Both the position numbers and the translations under genes were made by a program. DNA of 64,000 nucleotides from Hydrolagus affinis (taxonomy: Eukaryota). The notes under the pieces were generated by a model. The model saw only the letters and a list, made by a program, of their open reading frames with translations, searched no databases and had not been told where the DNA came from. Shown here one piece after another: positions 13,769-26,290 of this stretch. The DNA lies in NCBI GenBank assembly GCA_012026655.1, contig JAAILG010000006.1:1-64000 (forward strand), in the 5' to 3' direction. Position 1 is the stretch's first letter. Each line of letters begins with the position of its first letter.

Positions 13769-14603
13769 CCACACCCCCCACCAAAAAACAAAAACGCATT
13801 CATCGCTGGCAATCCATATCAAGCTTGGGTTTGCTGCCAAACCATTGATCCTGTCTGTGTGAACTATTTCTTGAGCTATCAAACATTCCTCCTGACGCAC
13901 TGACAGACACACAGGACCGATATATTTGTGAGGCCATGTTTAACTGAAAAGTATCAATAGGATATGACATTGCTGTCAACATTTCAGGGGCTTTTGTGGG
14001 AAGAGTTGCTCATGTTAGAGATGAAAGATGACTGTTGGGAATTGTGCCTATCAACAACCTTGTGAGTAATCTCAGAAGAGCCTTGATGGAGACAATTGAT
14101 TTAGTTTTGAACAATTGGTACTTTTCCCCCAATATCCAAATCTCCAACTGTGGCTATCTGAATCAGACAGAAATATTTATTTCCTTCACTCTGTGTAGGG
14201 AGATTGTGATGTCATGCTTAATACTCAGGCTGTTTGGCAGCGAGGGAACGTTCACTGCCGTTCTTTTCTCAGTGAAACATTGCAGTGTATGCGCCATTTG
14301 TTGTGTACTCTGTGTTTCACGTGGCTTTTCACTGGAAATTGAGAAGTACTGCATCTTCATTGCCTTACTAAACTAACTGAAACATGTAATCATGGTAATT
14401 CAATCTGCATGGCATTCCGAAAATTTAGCAGCGTTGCAAATTAGTTTCCCCGCTGTTATGTTAAAGATTGTTTTGCGCTGTTGCAAAATTTATTTAATTC
14501 TCGACTAATGATTAAGAAATGTGGAGAAAGTCATCAAGTCTTTTGAAGTTAAGCTAACATTCTGTGAATTGGCCATGAAATGTTGTAGATATCCGGATTG
14601 GAG

Positions 14604-14730
14604 AATAATAATAATAATTCTTGCGTTTGATATAGCGTCTTTTCACATCTTCTAGACGTCTCAAAGCGCTTCACAGAATTGAAGTGAATTGACTGTATAT
14701 TTAAGGGACAAGAGAGAGAGAGAGAGAGAT
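14604..14730 (-). mobile_element. SINE 3' tail followed by (AG)n
   Basis: aataataataattcttgcgtttgatatagcg...tctagacgtctcaaagcgcttcacagaa, then (AG)n at about 14711-14728. Confidence 0.85.
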
Positions 14731-14965
14731 TAAGAGGAACTGTAGTAGGTTCAAAAAGGGCTTGTGACTAATTCAATGGCTTCTATGAGCAGCTTTGGGA
14801 TTTATCTATTTTCACAAACCCGGGGGTATTTTTTTTAATATTGCCTTGATCACTACCAGATAGAGGAATGTCTGCCAAATGACTGAGGTTGAATTTGTTC
14901 GACACTTGTCACACAACCATTTCGATTTGGGGTCCTGGAGCGTATTGGTTAGTGCACTTTAAGAG

Positions 14966-15037
14966 ATTTGTCAAGTTCCTCAAGCTCTGAAACGCTACAT
15001 AAATAGAGTAAATCTAGAGCTGAGGGAAATTCTCCCC
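14966..15037 (+). repeat. Arm of the TCTAGA palindromic element family (cf. 36711-36936)
   Basis: atttgtcaa...aaacgctacataaatagagtaaatctagagc matches the right arm at 36871-36921. Confidence 0.6.
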
Positions 15038-16215
15038 AGTGGAGTGCATTGTGCCGTTAAGATGAAAATTGTGAAGGCAGTTCAATTTGCCGCAATAATC
15101 ACAGCCACCATCTAACATCTGAACACGAATAGTGCCCTGGCTATCAGATTTGTGGTCCGCATTATGTGCTAATATGAACTGGAAAATAAATTAAAACCGC
15201 TCACACTCATTTATTGCCAGCAGCTACTATTTAATTACCCAAACCCCTGTGACATTTATTGCTTATCTTGGTTTATTTCTAATATCAAAGTAAGCATAGT
15301 TAATTCAAGTGCAATGATGCACACATCTCTTAGCATGAATCAAATGAGGATAATTTAAAGCTGAACAGCTAAGCGTGTGGATATAATGGATACCTGGGAG
15401 TGAGTTTGAAGTTTGAAGGGTTCAGATGATATCATTACACAATTAAGAGCTCTGTTTGTGTGGTTGAACCCTGGGGCGAGATTGTTGCTTGAAGCATTTC
15501 TCATTTGCAGTGTGGCATTTGGGAGACTTTCTTTCTGGCTCTTGGATTGTTTTGCTTTGTCACTGACTGACTGATTGACTGGTGCCTCAGTGGCCAGAAG
15601 AAATACTTTCAAGAAATATTCACTCAAAATTCTTGACCCTTGGACCAACAGCACGCTCGAGGAACTCCGAGCAATGCCTTAAAAAGTGTTTACAGCTCAA
15701 ACATTGTGATGCTGACATTAATCCTTGTACCTGTTAATAGCAAGTGACTGTGTAATTGTCAAGCATTTTCTGCATCAGTCAAAGTTAATATCATTGCCAT
15801 TTGAGTTGCAACAGCTAGCTCGCCAGTGCACTTTGTCTGTGCATCCCCAGATACCTGAAGGAAATCATTCCATTCCATTACATTGATATGCCTTTGTTGG
15901 ATCAGTAATTCTTGCTTTGTAGTTCTAAAAAAAGGAACTTTCAAGGCAGTGACGCATGTCGAGGTTAAGATAACATTGATCTGTATTCAAATGGTTATCT
16001 ATTATTCCGAGGAATTATATGCCTTGGTTTCATACACCTATCTGCCATAAAACATAAATTAAATTAAGAGGATTATTTAAGGATTGCTTTGAGGTACCCG
16101 AGGAACTCTGTTTTACCTGCACTCACGTATGCTTCTGTGTACAGAGTCCCTCAGCTATTAAAAAGCAATATAATAAAATACATTACAAGCAATGTTAATT
16201 GACTCTGATGATTAC

Positions 16216-16480
16216 AAATAATAATAATCTTCATCCTTTGCGTTTGGCGTAGCACTTTATGTTATCAAGATGTCTCAAAGCACTTCGCAAGTTTTTTTTA
16301 AGATTAAAAAAAAGATTAAGATTAAAAAATACGTGAAGGGCAACAACTGTAAATTTCTAGGCAAAGATAACAGCCGATTTACGCACATCAATGAGTTACA
16401 GACAGCCATTCAATTTTATTTCAGGGACTGTTGGCTAAGACACTGGGAGAAACTCTGTTTTTTGAACTAGTCCCATAAAA
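16216..16480 (-). mobile_element. Old Deu/L2-tailed SINE
   Basis: ataataatc..tttgcgtttgg..gatgtctcaaagcacttc...gttggctaagacactgggagaaactc. Confidence 0.65.
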
Positions 16481-17482
16481 ATCAATCACAAAATCATAAG
16501 ATTGCTTTGGATGAAGAAGACCCTTCCATTTATTTGATCTTATCCTTTCAAGATACCCAAGCTCCCTGGACCTCATACTTAAATGCCATCCACTATATAA
16601 TTATAAAAATGGTGCTTGCCTCTTGCTTTTTTGTCCCCAAAAGAAATGAATTTGCATTATACATCAAATAGCCTGTCTTCTGTGTGATTACATAAAGTAT
16701 ATGTAAATACTGTCACAAATGTTTCAAGGAATATGTCATTTTGCCATCTTAAGCCTTGTCTTGCCAAATAAATGTGTAGATTGATCGCCCTCTATACATG
16801 AGAGAGACAAAGAGGGGTACCCTTCCCTAGTGCTCCTTCTATCTGCGTGAAAATGAGTAATCCTGGCATTTTGTTATGGTGCGTATCACGTTGGAAGGTA
16901 TCTCAACGCATTTTCATTGCACGGCACAAGACAATATCAAACGATGGTTATTTCCGTATTCAGAACAAAAAATCGGATTTTTGTTTCATTTACACAAACT
17001 TCCCGTGGCAAACGAATTAGATTTTGTGTTGCACCATAATCAATAGACCCTTCTGTGCTGTTTCACATCCACTGAACACTTGTGATTGTCTGTGATATAA
17101 ATGTAAACAGACTAATGGTGCCAGCTAGTGGACCTGACTCCTGTTTTGTGGTTGGTGTACGAGAAATGCAGCAGATTACTGGAAGAGCTCTGAAAACTTC
17201 TTGTATCTGTCGATTAGAAATCAACCCACTGATTACTGGGCAAAGTCTTCTTTGCAGGGCTCATGCCATGTGCTCAGACAAATTTTATCCGTTTGAAATA
17301 AACATTCTGAAATGGTAAATTCAGATTTACCTGTAGCTTGTAGTTTTTGCTTCCACACGTGGGTTTGGCATTTGAGTTTCATTAAAAAAAACTAATTGCA
17401 TTCTCACAATTTATTCCTACAAATTGTATGTTTATAACCTTCAAACCACAGAGGTAAAATTCCTCCTAGGTCTATATTTGCT

Positions 17483-17785
17483 GAGTCTTGTAGCTCAGTG
17501 GTTAGAGCACTCGCCTTAAAAGAGAGAGGCCTGGGTTCTATTTCAGGCAAAGTGAAATCTTGGGCAAGTTTCCTTACTCCACACATCCAGTAATAATCCC
17601 TCAAAAAAAACAATAACTAAGTGGTCATTTCAATCCACAACTGTTTTTGGGACACCGCTGTACGCAATTGGCTGTTGTGTTTTGCCATCATATATACAGT
17701 CAATTCACTTTACAGTATATTCTGTGAAGCGCTTTAAGACGTCAAGAAGATGTGAAAAGCATCAAATGTAAGGATTATTATTATT
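17483..17785 (+). mobile_element. Full-length tRNA-derived SINE (CORE-like segment, Deu-like 3' body, L2 tail)
   Basis: A-box tagctcagtgg, B-box-like gggttctattt, cttgggcaagtttcc, aattggctg, tail aaggattattatt. Confidence 0.92.
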
Positions 17786-17845
17786 TAATATATTATGTAA
17801 TGTTTTGGAATGTCCCAAAATTCTAAATTGAGGCTGTATTTAAGA

Positions 17846-17906
17846 ATTTGTCAAATTCTGTATGCTGTAAAATGAAGTAAATCTAGACCCAGGTTAAATT
17901 TTATCC
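17846..17906 (+). repeat. Arm of the TCTAGA palindromic element family
   Basis: atttgtcaaattctg...aaaatgaagtaaatctagacccagg. Confidence 0.55.
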
Positions 17907-18043
17907 TGCTCTGGCAAAGGGTTGTCAACCCGAAATGCTGACTCACTTTCCTTTCTCCATAGATGCTGCCTGACCTGCTGAGTGTTCCCAGTGATCTCTG
18001 TTTCTGCTTCAGATTTCCAGCTTCTGCAGTATTTTGCATTTTT
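17907..18043 (+). mobile_element. Single arm of the Penelope-like hammerhead-bearing element (degenerate)
   Basis: ctggcaaagggttgtcaacccgaaatgctgactc...gatgctgcctgacctgctgag...gcagtattttgc, homologous to 34327-34570. Confidence 0.8.
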
Positions 18044-18384
18044 GAAATTTACCAAAATTGATTCTGGGAGGCTAGATTGGCAGGTAAACCATCCATATTG
18101 CCTCAGGCAATTGTAGACCTCCCTAGTTTCAACGAAAATGTCTCCTTAGAGTCCAGTCAAGTTTGGGAAATGTTATAACAACTCCACTTTATTTCCAAGG
18201 ATATTTTCAGGTACTGTACTGTCAACCTCAGTGGGTGGTGAGGCTGAATGAATTCAATAGGATACTGAGCCCAGAATTTCCTGGCTCGAAGGTTAATAAA
18301 ATATTAATACAACTGTTTAAATTGACTACATTGGATCAATGTGCTATTTTAGCTTTGTAAAGGCAGTGTTGTGGGAGCTGCTAG

Positions 18385-18633
18385 ATTATCCTTTGGTGGA
18401 AGATAAAGATCCCAAGGCATTATTTGAAAAGAGAAGGGAAACTCTCCCAGAATCCTGGCCAACAATCCCAAGGTACTATTGGTCATTCTCTTCATGACTG
18501 CTTGTGGGACATTGATTTGTGCAAATTGGCTGCCGTATTCACCTACAAATTCAAACAATAAATCTTGTGAATAGCATTGAGATGTTTTGACAACCTACGA
18601 CACTGTATCAAACGTGGGCATTATCATTATTTT
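18385..18633 (+). mobile_element. Old Deu-domain SINE
   Basis: aaagatcccaaggcattatttgaaaagagaagggaaactctccc..cctggccaac..gtgcaaattggctgccg. Confidence 0.75.
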
Positions 18634-20814
18634 GATAACCACTGACTCAGACGTGTTAATTTAGGATTTAATAAAGCTTCAAAAGCTTCAAAAGCTGGAT
18701 TGATTGAGCCCACCTCCACTTTTCAGAGACTACTTTGTGACAGTGATTCACGATGAGAATAATTCCAGCTCTAAGTTTAAAATCACAAGCTATTAAAGAA
18801 AGATTTTCTCACCTATTTTTATAGGAAGGCTGATATATAATATTATTCACATCCAATTTTAGTGAGAACAAGAGATAAAAATGGAGCACAATTTTCATGA
18901 AATTATACCAAAATAGATAGTAGCAGTAGTAATGGACCTTGCGTTTGATCTCGCGCCTCAAAGCATTTTCGAAACGTCTCAATAACCTTCACAGAGTATA
19001 CTGTAAAGTCAATTGACTATATTTGTGGGCCATACACGATTGGATTGATTGAATGACCAAACGATTTTTTCTAAAGTGGATTGGAAGCATTTAATTCAGT
19101 TCTACTTAATTGTTTTCTAATTACCTTTCTGTTAGGTTTCACTGCACATAGTTCCACACAGGTAACAATGTCAAATTCATTAAGACCGGTTAGGTTCCTA
19201 ATATATTCCAAGGCTGAATAGTAGTTTATGAAAGGGACGGGTGGGTGAGGGGCAGCGGGGGGAGGACTGTTTCGAGGGTGAAACCCCATAAAATGTACAA
19301 AAGGAGTTTTAATCACAACCAGCAAAATGATCATTGGTTGATCTATGAATCTATCATTTACATTGGCTGTTTGCTGCATAATTAAGTGCATAATTCTGTA
19401 TGTTTACACACGAGCTGTTAACCCACATTTGTGAGGGGATCTGAACTGAATTGATTTGGTACGATATGCCCTGCGTCCTGTTTGCCTTGTTTATTGCTGC
19501 CTTTCACTGTTTTGACACGGAGAGCAATGAGTCAACTCGCACCTCTACAACGTCTTCAAGATTCCCTCTTGACAAGCTCTATCTGTGCCGACATTTGTGG
19601 TTGAACTGGATACAACACACATATTCAATGCTGGTTCCTCCATGGCTGAAGACCTGCTACGTCTCTAAAGTTATTTTAGCTCAGGAATTCCTTCTTACCA
19701 GTACACTTCATGATGTCATCAGCAGTCACTGCAAGATTGAAGTTTCATTTACCAGATTTACCAGATTAATGGATATTAAATCTTCCATTGGCACAGTAAT
19801 TAATGCTAATGTTCACACTGCTGGGAGCAAACCCAATTGGTTCCCAGCAGTCTAGCGATGTGCAGCATGAACCCTCATCGCTTTCAATGTTTGTTGCATG
19901 CACCTTTTGTGTGTCTAGTTCCAAAGATTATTGAAAAGCAACTAGCTCTTTAAGAAATTGATCCTTCAACATAGTTTGATCAGGCAGTGATTCAGTGAGC
20001 CAATATGATTTAGCACCTGCTGAGTTCGTTCAGATTGGGTGCAAACTGCATTGCTTCTGAAATTACCTCCCCCAGGTGGTGCTAGGAGCAGGGCTCCTGC
20101 ATCATTCATGCTGCCTGAGCCTTAAATTATTGTATGTTTAGCAGCAAATCTCTGTTGTGAGGAGCAAGCTGGATTGCTACCAAATTTACGGAATAAACAC
20201 TGCATTAATGAGCATTGTTCCGATTCACTTGTGGTCTAAGACAAGGAAGGAGAAAGGTTTGTATCCAAGTATTCAGTTATGGTCTAATGGGAAGGTTGTA
20301 TGTGCAAGCCATTCAGAGTTTAATGGTTGGTTATCAACTTATTTATATTGTTTATGATGTAGGTGACTGGATACATTCATGTCCCTGGCAGGCTGTACAA
20401 GGGCAGAAATATCTTGATGCTTAATGGACTGGTGTGGGGCGGTTACAGTCAATATTCCTGAGTTGTCCGGGATGAATATAAATGCTTCAGTTTTGTTAAA
20501 TTGAAGTTTGGCTTTAGATCTTTTGCATCTGGCCGTCTGACTAATCTTCACCATTCCCATTTCTATCTTGTATAGAATTAAATGAAGGCCGACCTTCCTG
20601 TTGCATAAGACTCATGAATATCAATTTAACAACATCATGCTGACCTTTAGTTTAGTCTGAGTGATTCTTTTTGGAATACCTTCAATCAATCTGCATTGTG
20701 CCTCAATGCCACTAAAATAACTGGCAATCCAATGCTTTTAAATAGAGAAACATCATTGTTGACGGTTGTCTCATATCAGTACAAAAGTCTTTTTCGCGAG
20801 TTACTATCTACACC

Positions 20815-21165
20815 TACAACAACTTGCACTCGTACAGTATCCTTCATGATGGATGGTTTTGGGGAACAATGGCACTGAGTTTGACATTGGGGAGAATGGT
20901 GGTGGGGAAGAGTGGGGAGGGGTAACCAATGGCAGGATCTAAGTGGAAAGTCTACACGAGCGATTTTAAGACTGGTACAGAAGGCAATGTGGAAGGGTTG
21001 TGACAGAGAGTTCCAAAGATTCAGGGTGCATTGGCTGAAATATTTGCCACAAATCTTAGAGTGGAGAGTTTGAGGGACGCACAGAAGATCAGTGTTGGCC
21101 GAACAGAGGTATAGGACTGGGTTTAAACAGAATTGAGAGATAGGGAGGTGCTTGGAGTCATTTGC
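20815..21165 (-). mobile_element. Old LINE-2 3' fragment
   Basis: acaacaacttgcac tail, purine-rich UTR, gagagttccaaag...tggctgaaa (reverse of the FS...LWNS motif). Confidence 0.65.
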
Positions 21166-21274
21166 AGGTGTTTATTTTTTTGCTGGCAAATAAAATTCTC
21201 TTTAATGGTCTGCATCTTGGAACAAATAAATGATCCACAAGTATACCATCTCTGATGCCACGGATGGTTGTAAA

Positions 21275-21420
21275 TTACGTCTCAAAGTGCTTCACAGCAT
21301 ATACTGTAAAGTGAATTAACTGTAAATATTTGGGGTTAGAAAGCAACAGCCAATTGTGCACAACAGTGTCCCACAAACAGTCGTGGATTAAAGTGACTCA
21401 TTTATTATTACTATTGAGAG
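21275..21420 (-). mobile_element. SINE 3' half
   Basis: acgtctcaaagtgcttcacag..gtgtcccacaaacagtcgtggatt. Confidence 0.8.
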
Positions 21421-22079
21421 ATGGAATTGTCCCAATTGTCTTTCATGGGAGAATATGTACACTAGTTTACAACTGCTCCATTGTTAGATTAGTAGGTGTG
21501 GCTCCTTTATGCCAATGCACTCAAACTGATGTGATTTTTTGAAAGCTGCTTTTGCTTAACCTCCTGCTGTACAACAAATTATTCCTTGTAGCTCCATCGG
21601 AATTATGTAACCTGTTAAACATGAGATAATGGCTTTGATCTCTTGACATTAGAGATATTTTCAGATTGGGTCCAAAGTACACATTCTATAGTGTTATCGT
21701 CAAGAGGCATCGATCCCCGGAAGGGACAACAATCAGGAGGGTGACATGGTGCGCAAGCGAGATAACGTCTTCACAATTCAATGGGTGCATTTCATTGCTC
21801 TTCTTGACGCACAACAAAAAAAGCTAAAACAGTTTAATGGAAACATTTTATCTGCAGTGGAGAAAGGAAATGTTTTGCTCAACACCGAAATGGTAATAAG
21901 AAGCGTTACAGTGCTTCAGTTGGTGTGTGAGCAAGCTCAGTGCAGCATTGCTTGCTTGAACTTGTGCTCACTTTTACACGCCTTCTGATTGTACATTTGC
22001 ACATCTTTCAATTTCTTCCCCACTTCAATCATTCACTTAGCTTTAGGGATCCTGATGGTGCATTGAATGAATCCCCAAA

Positions 22080-22260
22080 AATAGTAGTAATAATTTGGCC
22101 GCTCAATGAACGACTGTCTGTGAGACACTGCTGAGCGCAATTGACTGTCCATTTAGCCTGCAAAATGTACAATCAATTCACTTTATGATATATTCTGTGA
22201 AGTGCTTTGAGGTGTATTGATAAAGTGTTATTTCAAATGCAAGTACATACTACGGTATTA
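22080..22260 (+). mobile_element. SINE 3' half (diverged)
   Basis: cgactgtctgtgagacactgc..caattcacttta..attctgtgaagtgctttgag..caaatgcaag. Confidence 0.7.
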
Positions 22261-23266
22261 TATGTTTATCCTATCTATTTAATCTAAAATGAGCCTAAGG
22301 TTGTCCTTAAACCAGCTAGCTGGGAAAAACCTAACACTCTCTTTCCCGCTCCCCTCCCCTTTGTAAACCTCTGAAAGTGGAAAAGATGATCTGTTAGCTT
22401 TTTATTCACAGTGCGTGTGATTGATGGGACCCACCTCAGCTAAGTATGAAGACAATCTCATACCTTAGATAGCTAACTGTTTAGTGAATGTGTTGCCTTC
22501 TTCCACAATTAAAAAGGCCCAGGTCTGTAGCTGACTCTTCTGAAGGGATATATACTCCATCTTCCGATTAACTAGCTGGCTTTACTGTAATAATCTAATT
22601 GATGTTTCATTGTCCACGTGACATATTCAAGAGGTGCTCCCTCAGATGAACCTTTTTCTCCACAACCTCAGTGTGAAAACCATCATTCTAGCATCCGACA
22701 GACAATCCAAAGTTAATTACAATAGAAAAAAATTCAGTGCAAAGGCTAAGAGGTTAAGATTCTTGAACATCAAAAAAAAACAGGACTGAAAACTTTCTCG
22801 AGGAAAGGAAGGCGGACAAATCTACTTTAGTGTGAATCACGTGCCTTGGCAGAAGAGCTCATGATGAAAAGAGAATGCCCGTTCCCGAAAGGCACTCGTG
22901 ATGGGAAGTAAATGAGCTTGAACAGTATGCGAGAAAGACATTTAAATTTGGCTGCTTAAAAAATCCCAATTGATTTGAGATTGATCGAACAATTAATGAC
23001 CTACACAGGACTAACTGCAGCAGATACAATCAGATCTCTTCACTTGTTCATTTGTCGTATTAAGGAAGACTGTTGTAACAAATGAAAGTAGTGAGAAATG
23101 AATACTTTCATTCGTAATGAAACAAAGCATGTATTTTATATAATGATCTGTGTTGCCTGAAATTCCCCTGGTTATTCTGAGTTTTAGTGACTTAGTGTCA
23201 CCTGGACAGATAATAATCTGAATCAACAATGTACCAAAATCAACAATGAAAATCAGCGACTGAATA

Positions 23267-23615
23267 TAATAATAATAATCCTTGTATTTGAAGTACTTTA
23301 GCGCCTTTAACATCTTCTAGACATCTCAAGGTGATTCACAGAATATACTGTAAAGAATATACTATATAACTGATTGTATATTTGTGGGCAAAAGGTGGCA
23401 GCCAATTGTACATAACAACAATAACAAAAATTACACAGCAGTGTCCCACAAATAGTTCTGGATTGAAATGACCAATTTTTTTAAAAAAAATTGAGGGATT
23501 ATTATCAGGTGTGTGGACTAAGGAAACTTGCCCAACGGTTCACCCTGCCTGGAATTGAACCCATGTCTTTCGCTTGTGAGGTGAGTGCTCTAACCATTGA
23601 GCTACAGGACTCCAC
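23267..23615 (-). mobile_element. Full-length tRNA-derived SINE
   Basis: Tail aataataatccttg through head gagtgctctaaccattgagctacaggactccac, with a small (AAC)-rich insert at about 23413-23432. Confidence 0.92.
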
Positions 23616-25259
23616 AATACAATCAGTTATTGGTGATGTTAATGGGAAAGATTTACTAAAAGCTGGAAGCTTGCCAAACAATGCTTTCAATGGCAAGCAA
23701 TGCAACTTTAGTGGTTAAACTCCAGAAGTACTCAATATACACTCTGGGGTCCTTGAGCTTTGGTTTCTGCCATCATGCACCTGGTACTCTCTGGCATTAG
23801 ATGAGCATGATGCATCCCTCCAGTCAAAGAGTTTTTGGAAGTGTTATGGCATGGAATTCTGGCTGTTAAGCAACATGTTAAGCTTTGAAGTGAGCATTGG
23901 AACTAATTATGCTTTAGCATAATGAGTTTATGTTCAACAATTTATGTGGTTAAAATATTATTGCTCTCATTATTATTATTACTACTACTTCCATTGTGAA
24001 GTAGTGTGTTATCTTAATGCAAATGAATGATAATTAAGCAAAGTGCAAAAACAGTTGCCACCTGATTCCCTCTCTATACGGTGATAACAGCAGCAGGATT
24101 ATTTGCAAAAGCATGAATAATTTTTGAGGCCTTTGTAAATTTATGCAGTATGGAGCTGAATGTTAATTGTCCGTATACGTTTTTCAATCCAATTGAATGT
24201 CCTAACAGAACTTCGAGGGACATATGGGAGGAGAGATCACGAACAAAGAGCGAGAAACGCCAACCAACACAATGAAATAAACAGCTCCCATTATAAGAGC
24301 ATGCCCATTATTTCAATTCCATTTTAGTTAAGTATCATTTACTGCCAGAGAATTTATTATTCGTAGATGTTCTCATCATAAAATGACCTGTTTAACATCA
24401 TAATGCTACTTTAGGTTAATGGTCCTGAGTTTGTGTCTACGCAGTAACTGGAGTTTATGGACTTGAATCTTGGCTGTGTCATGTACCATTTATTTTGTTT
24501 CCACAGTGTTTTCACCTCTGTTGGCATTATGCTACCAAGCCACCATATAAGGCAATATTAATACAATAAATGAAGGCAATTTAAGCCCAATTAAAATATG
24601 TAAATATAGGACATTGACCCTTACTTTATTGCAAGTCTTGCTAGCATACTGAGCACAAGTTACTAGTATAGCTGTAGCTTTATGGAGTGAACGCACAAAG
24701 CTGGAACCAGGAATAAAGTAATGTAGAGCCAGAATGCTCGATGAGCACAATTTTACACCACTGGTAAAATAAAAAGGCCAAATCCTGACAGGTAAGAAAA
24801 TGAAGCACTCTATACCTGATTACACTTTTTTTGCTGAATAAACGGAGTCCAACTATTTTTTTTTCTGAAAACAGGCACATTTAGAGATAATTAATGCAGT
24901 TTCGAAAGAAGTTCAACAGATGAACAGCAGATACAATGAAGGAAGTTGCATTAAAATGTGTTTTTCACAGGAAGAAGATCTGAGAACTCGAGCGCCTAAT
25001 ATTGTATTACAATGTGCTGTCGACAACAGCTGACAGAAGTAGGAAGACAATGACAAGGGGTAGAATTCCTAACGCATTTTCTAACACTAAGTACTAAGAT
25101 GAGTCTGATGTCCGGGTTAACAAAATAAGATTTTTAAGGTATGCTTAAAAATGAAGAATGACAGTTAGCTTCTGATCAATAGCCAGGTGAAATAAGTCAA
25201 CGTGAGTAAAGCCGTTGTTTGACCTTAAAGAGTATTCTAGAATGTGCAATGAGTACATA

Positions 25260-25575
25260 TATAATAATAATAACAACAATCCTTGCATTTGATATAGCAA
25301 TTTATCACGTCTTCGAGAGATCTCAAAGCACTTTCCAGAATATACCGTATAGTGAATTGACTGCGAATTTTGTGGGCGATACATTGCTAATTGCGCTCAG
25401 CAGTGTCCCACAAACAATCGTGGATTGAGTAACCAATTTATTATTTTTTTGGAAGGAATTATTACACTTGGAAATGCGGTCTGCCAATATGCTAACCTGC
25501 AGCTTCCTACTTCCTACTAGGTAAATGGAGGCATGTGGAGTTGGGAAACTTGCCTAACATTTTGCCCTATATGGG
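25260..25575 (-). mobile_element. SINE variant with a longer CORE-like segment
   Basis: Family tail and body plus cctactaggtaaatggaggcatgtggagttgggaaacttgcc. Confidence 0.8.
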
Positions 25576-26221
25576 GAAAGAAGGAACATTTTGCCACATC
25601 ACTGGCACCGGCTTAACAAAACAATCATCTTCCTGACCCTAATCCCTTCCAGTGGATGCTAATGAATTAATTAAAATTGCATATGTGATACAGTCTACAA
25701 AATGCACAGTCACTACACTCCAGCATAAGTCTTGCAAAATTCTTTGAGACATCCTCCTGACATGAAAAGTGATACCAAATGTATGGCAGTTCTTATTGTT
25801 TCTCACAGATGCCAGAGCAATTTCATGGCAGCACTGTGTATTTTGACAACCTTTAAACACTCTGATTGATGGGCGACCTTCAGTTTCTGCTATAGTTTTC
25901 TGGGCCTGCTGACAATCAGGTCAATGTGGACGACTTATACACCTCCACACAGCTGTTCCTTAGAGATGTAGGCTGGACAGTGTTTGAAATTAATAAGCTT
26001 AGATGTTCATTACCAATTAATGCTGTAAACCTATCCAACCTCAATATTTCATTCGATGAACAGTTTTGAATAAATACACAATATTATTACTAATTTAAAA
26101 TCATCAGTGTTTTCTACATGATTAAACAATATAAAATGTACTAAATTCTCCAAATTGTACAACCAAATCATCAGTTTCTATTCTCTTAAATGGTTAAAAT
26201 GTTTCATGTTACATTATCTTT

Positions 26222-26290
26222 TAGCGCCTTGGGACGTCCTCCCGACGTGAAAGGTGCAGTACAAATGTAATTTTATTGTTATTGATGTTG
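26222..26290 (+). mobile_element. Ultra-short L2 3' terminus (stem-loop plus tail only)
   Basis: gcgccttgggacgtcctcccgacgtgaaaggtgc followed by agtacaaatgtaattttattgttattg. Confidence 0.8.

Noticed and set aside
17483-17555. tRNA-like sequences here and near 23550, 28520, 38380, 59490 and 62060
   Set aside because: They are SINE heads: no proper acceptor stem, variable anticodon loop, and always joined to the SINE body.
19451-19855. 134-aa ORF with a hydrophobic N-terminus
   Set aside because: No recognisable homology, TTG start, and length within chance expectation.
20339-20560. Minus ORF containing KLQFNKTEAFIF, resembling the L2 LNxxKTE motif
   Set aside because: Single weak motif with no other RT motifs nearby.
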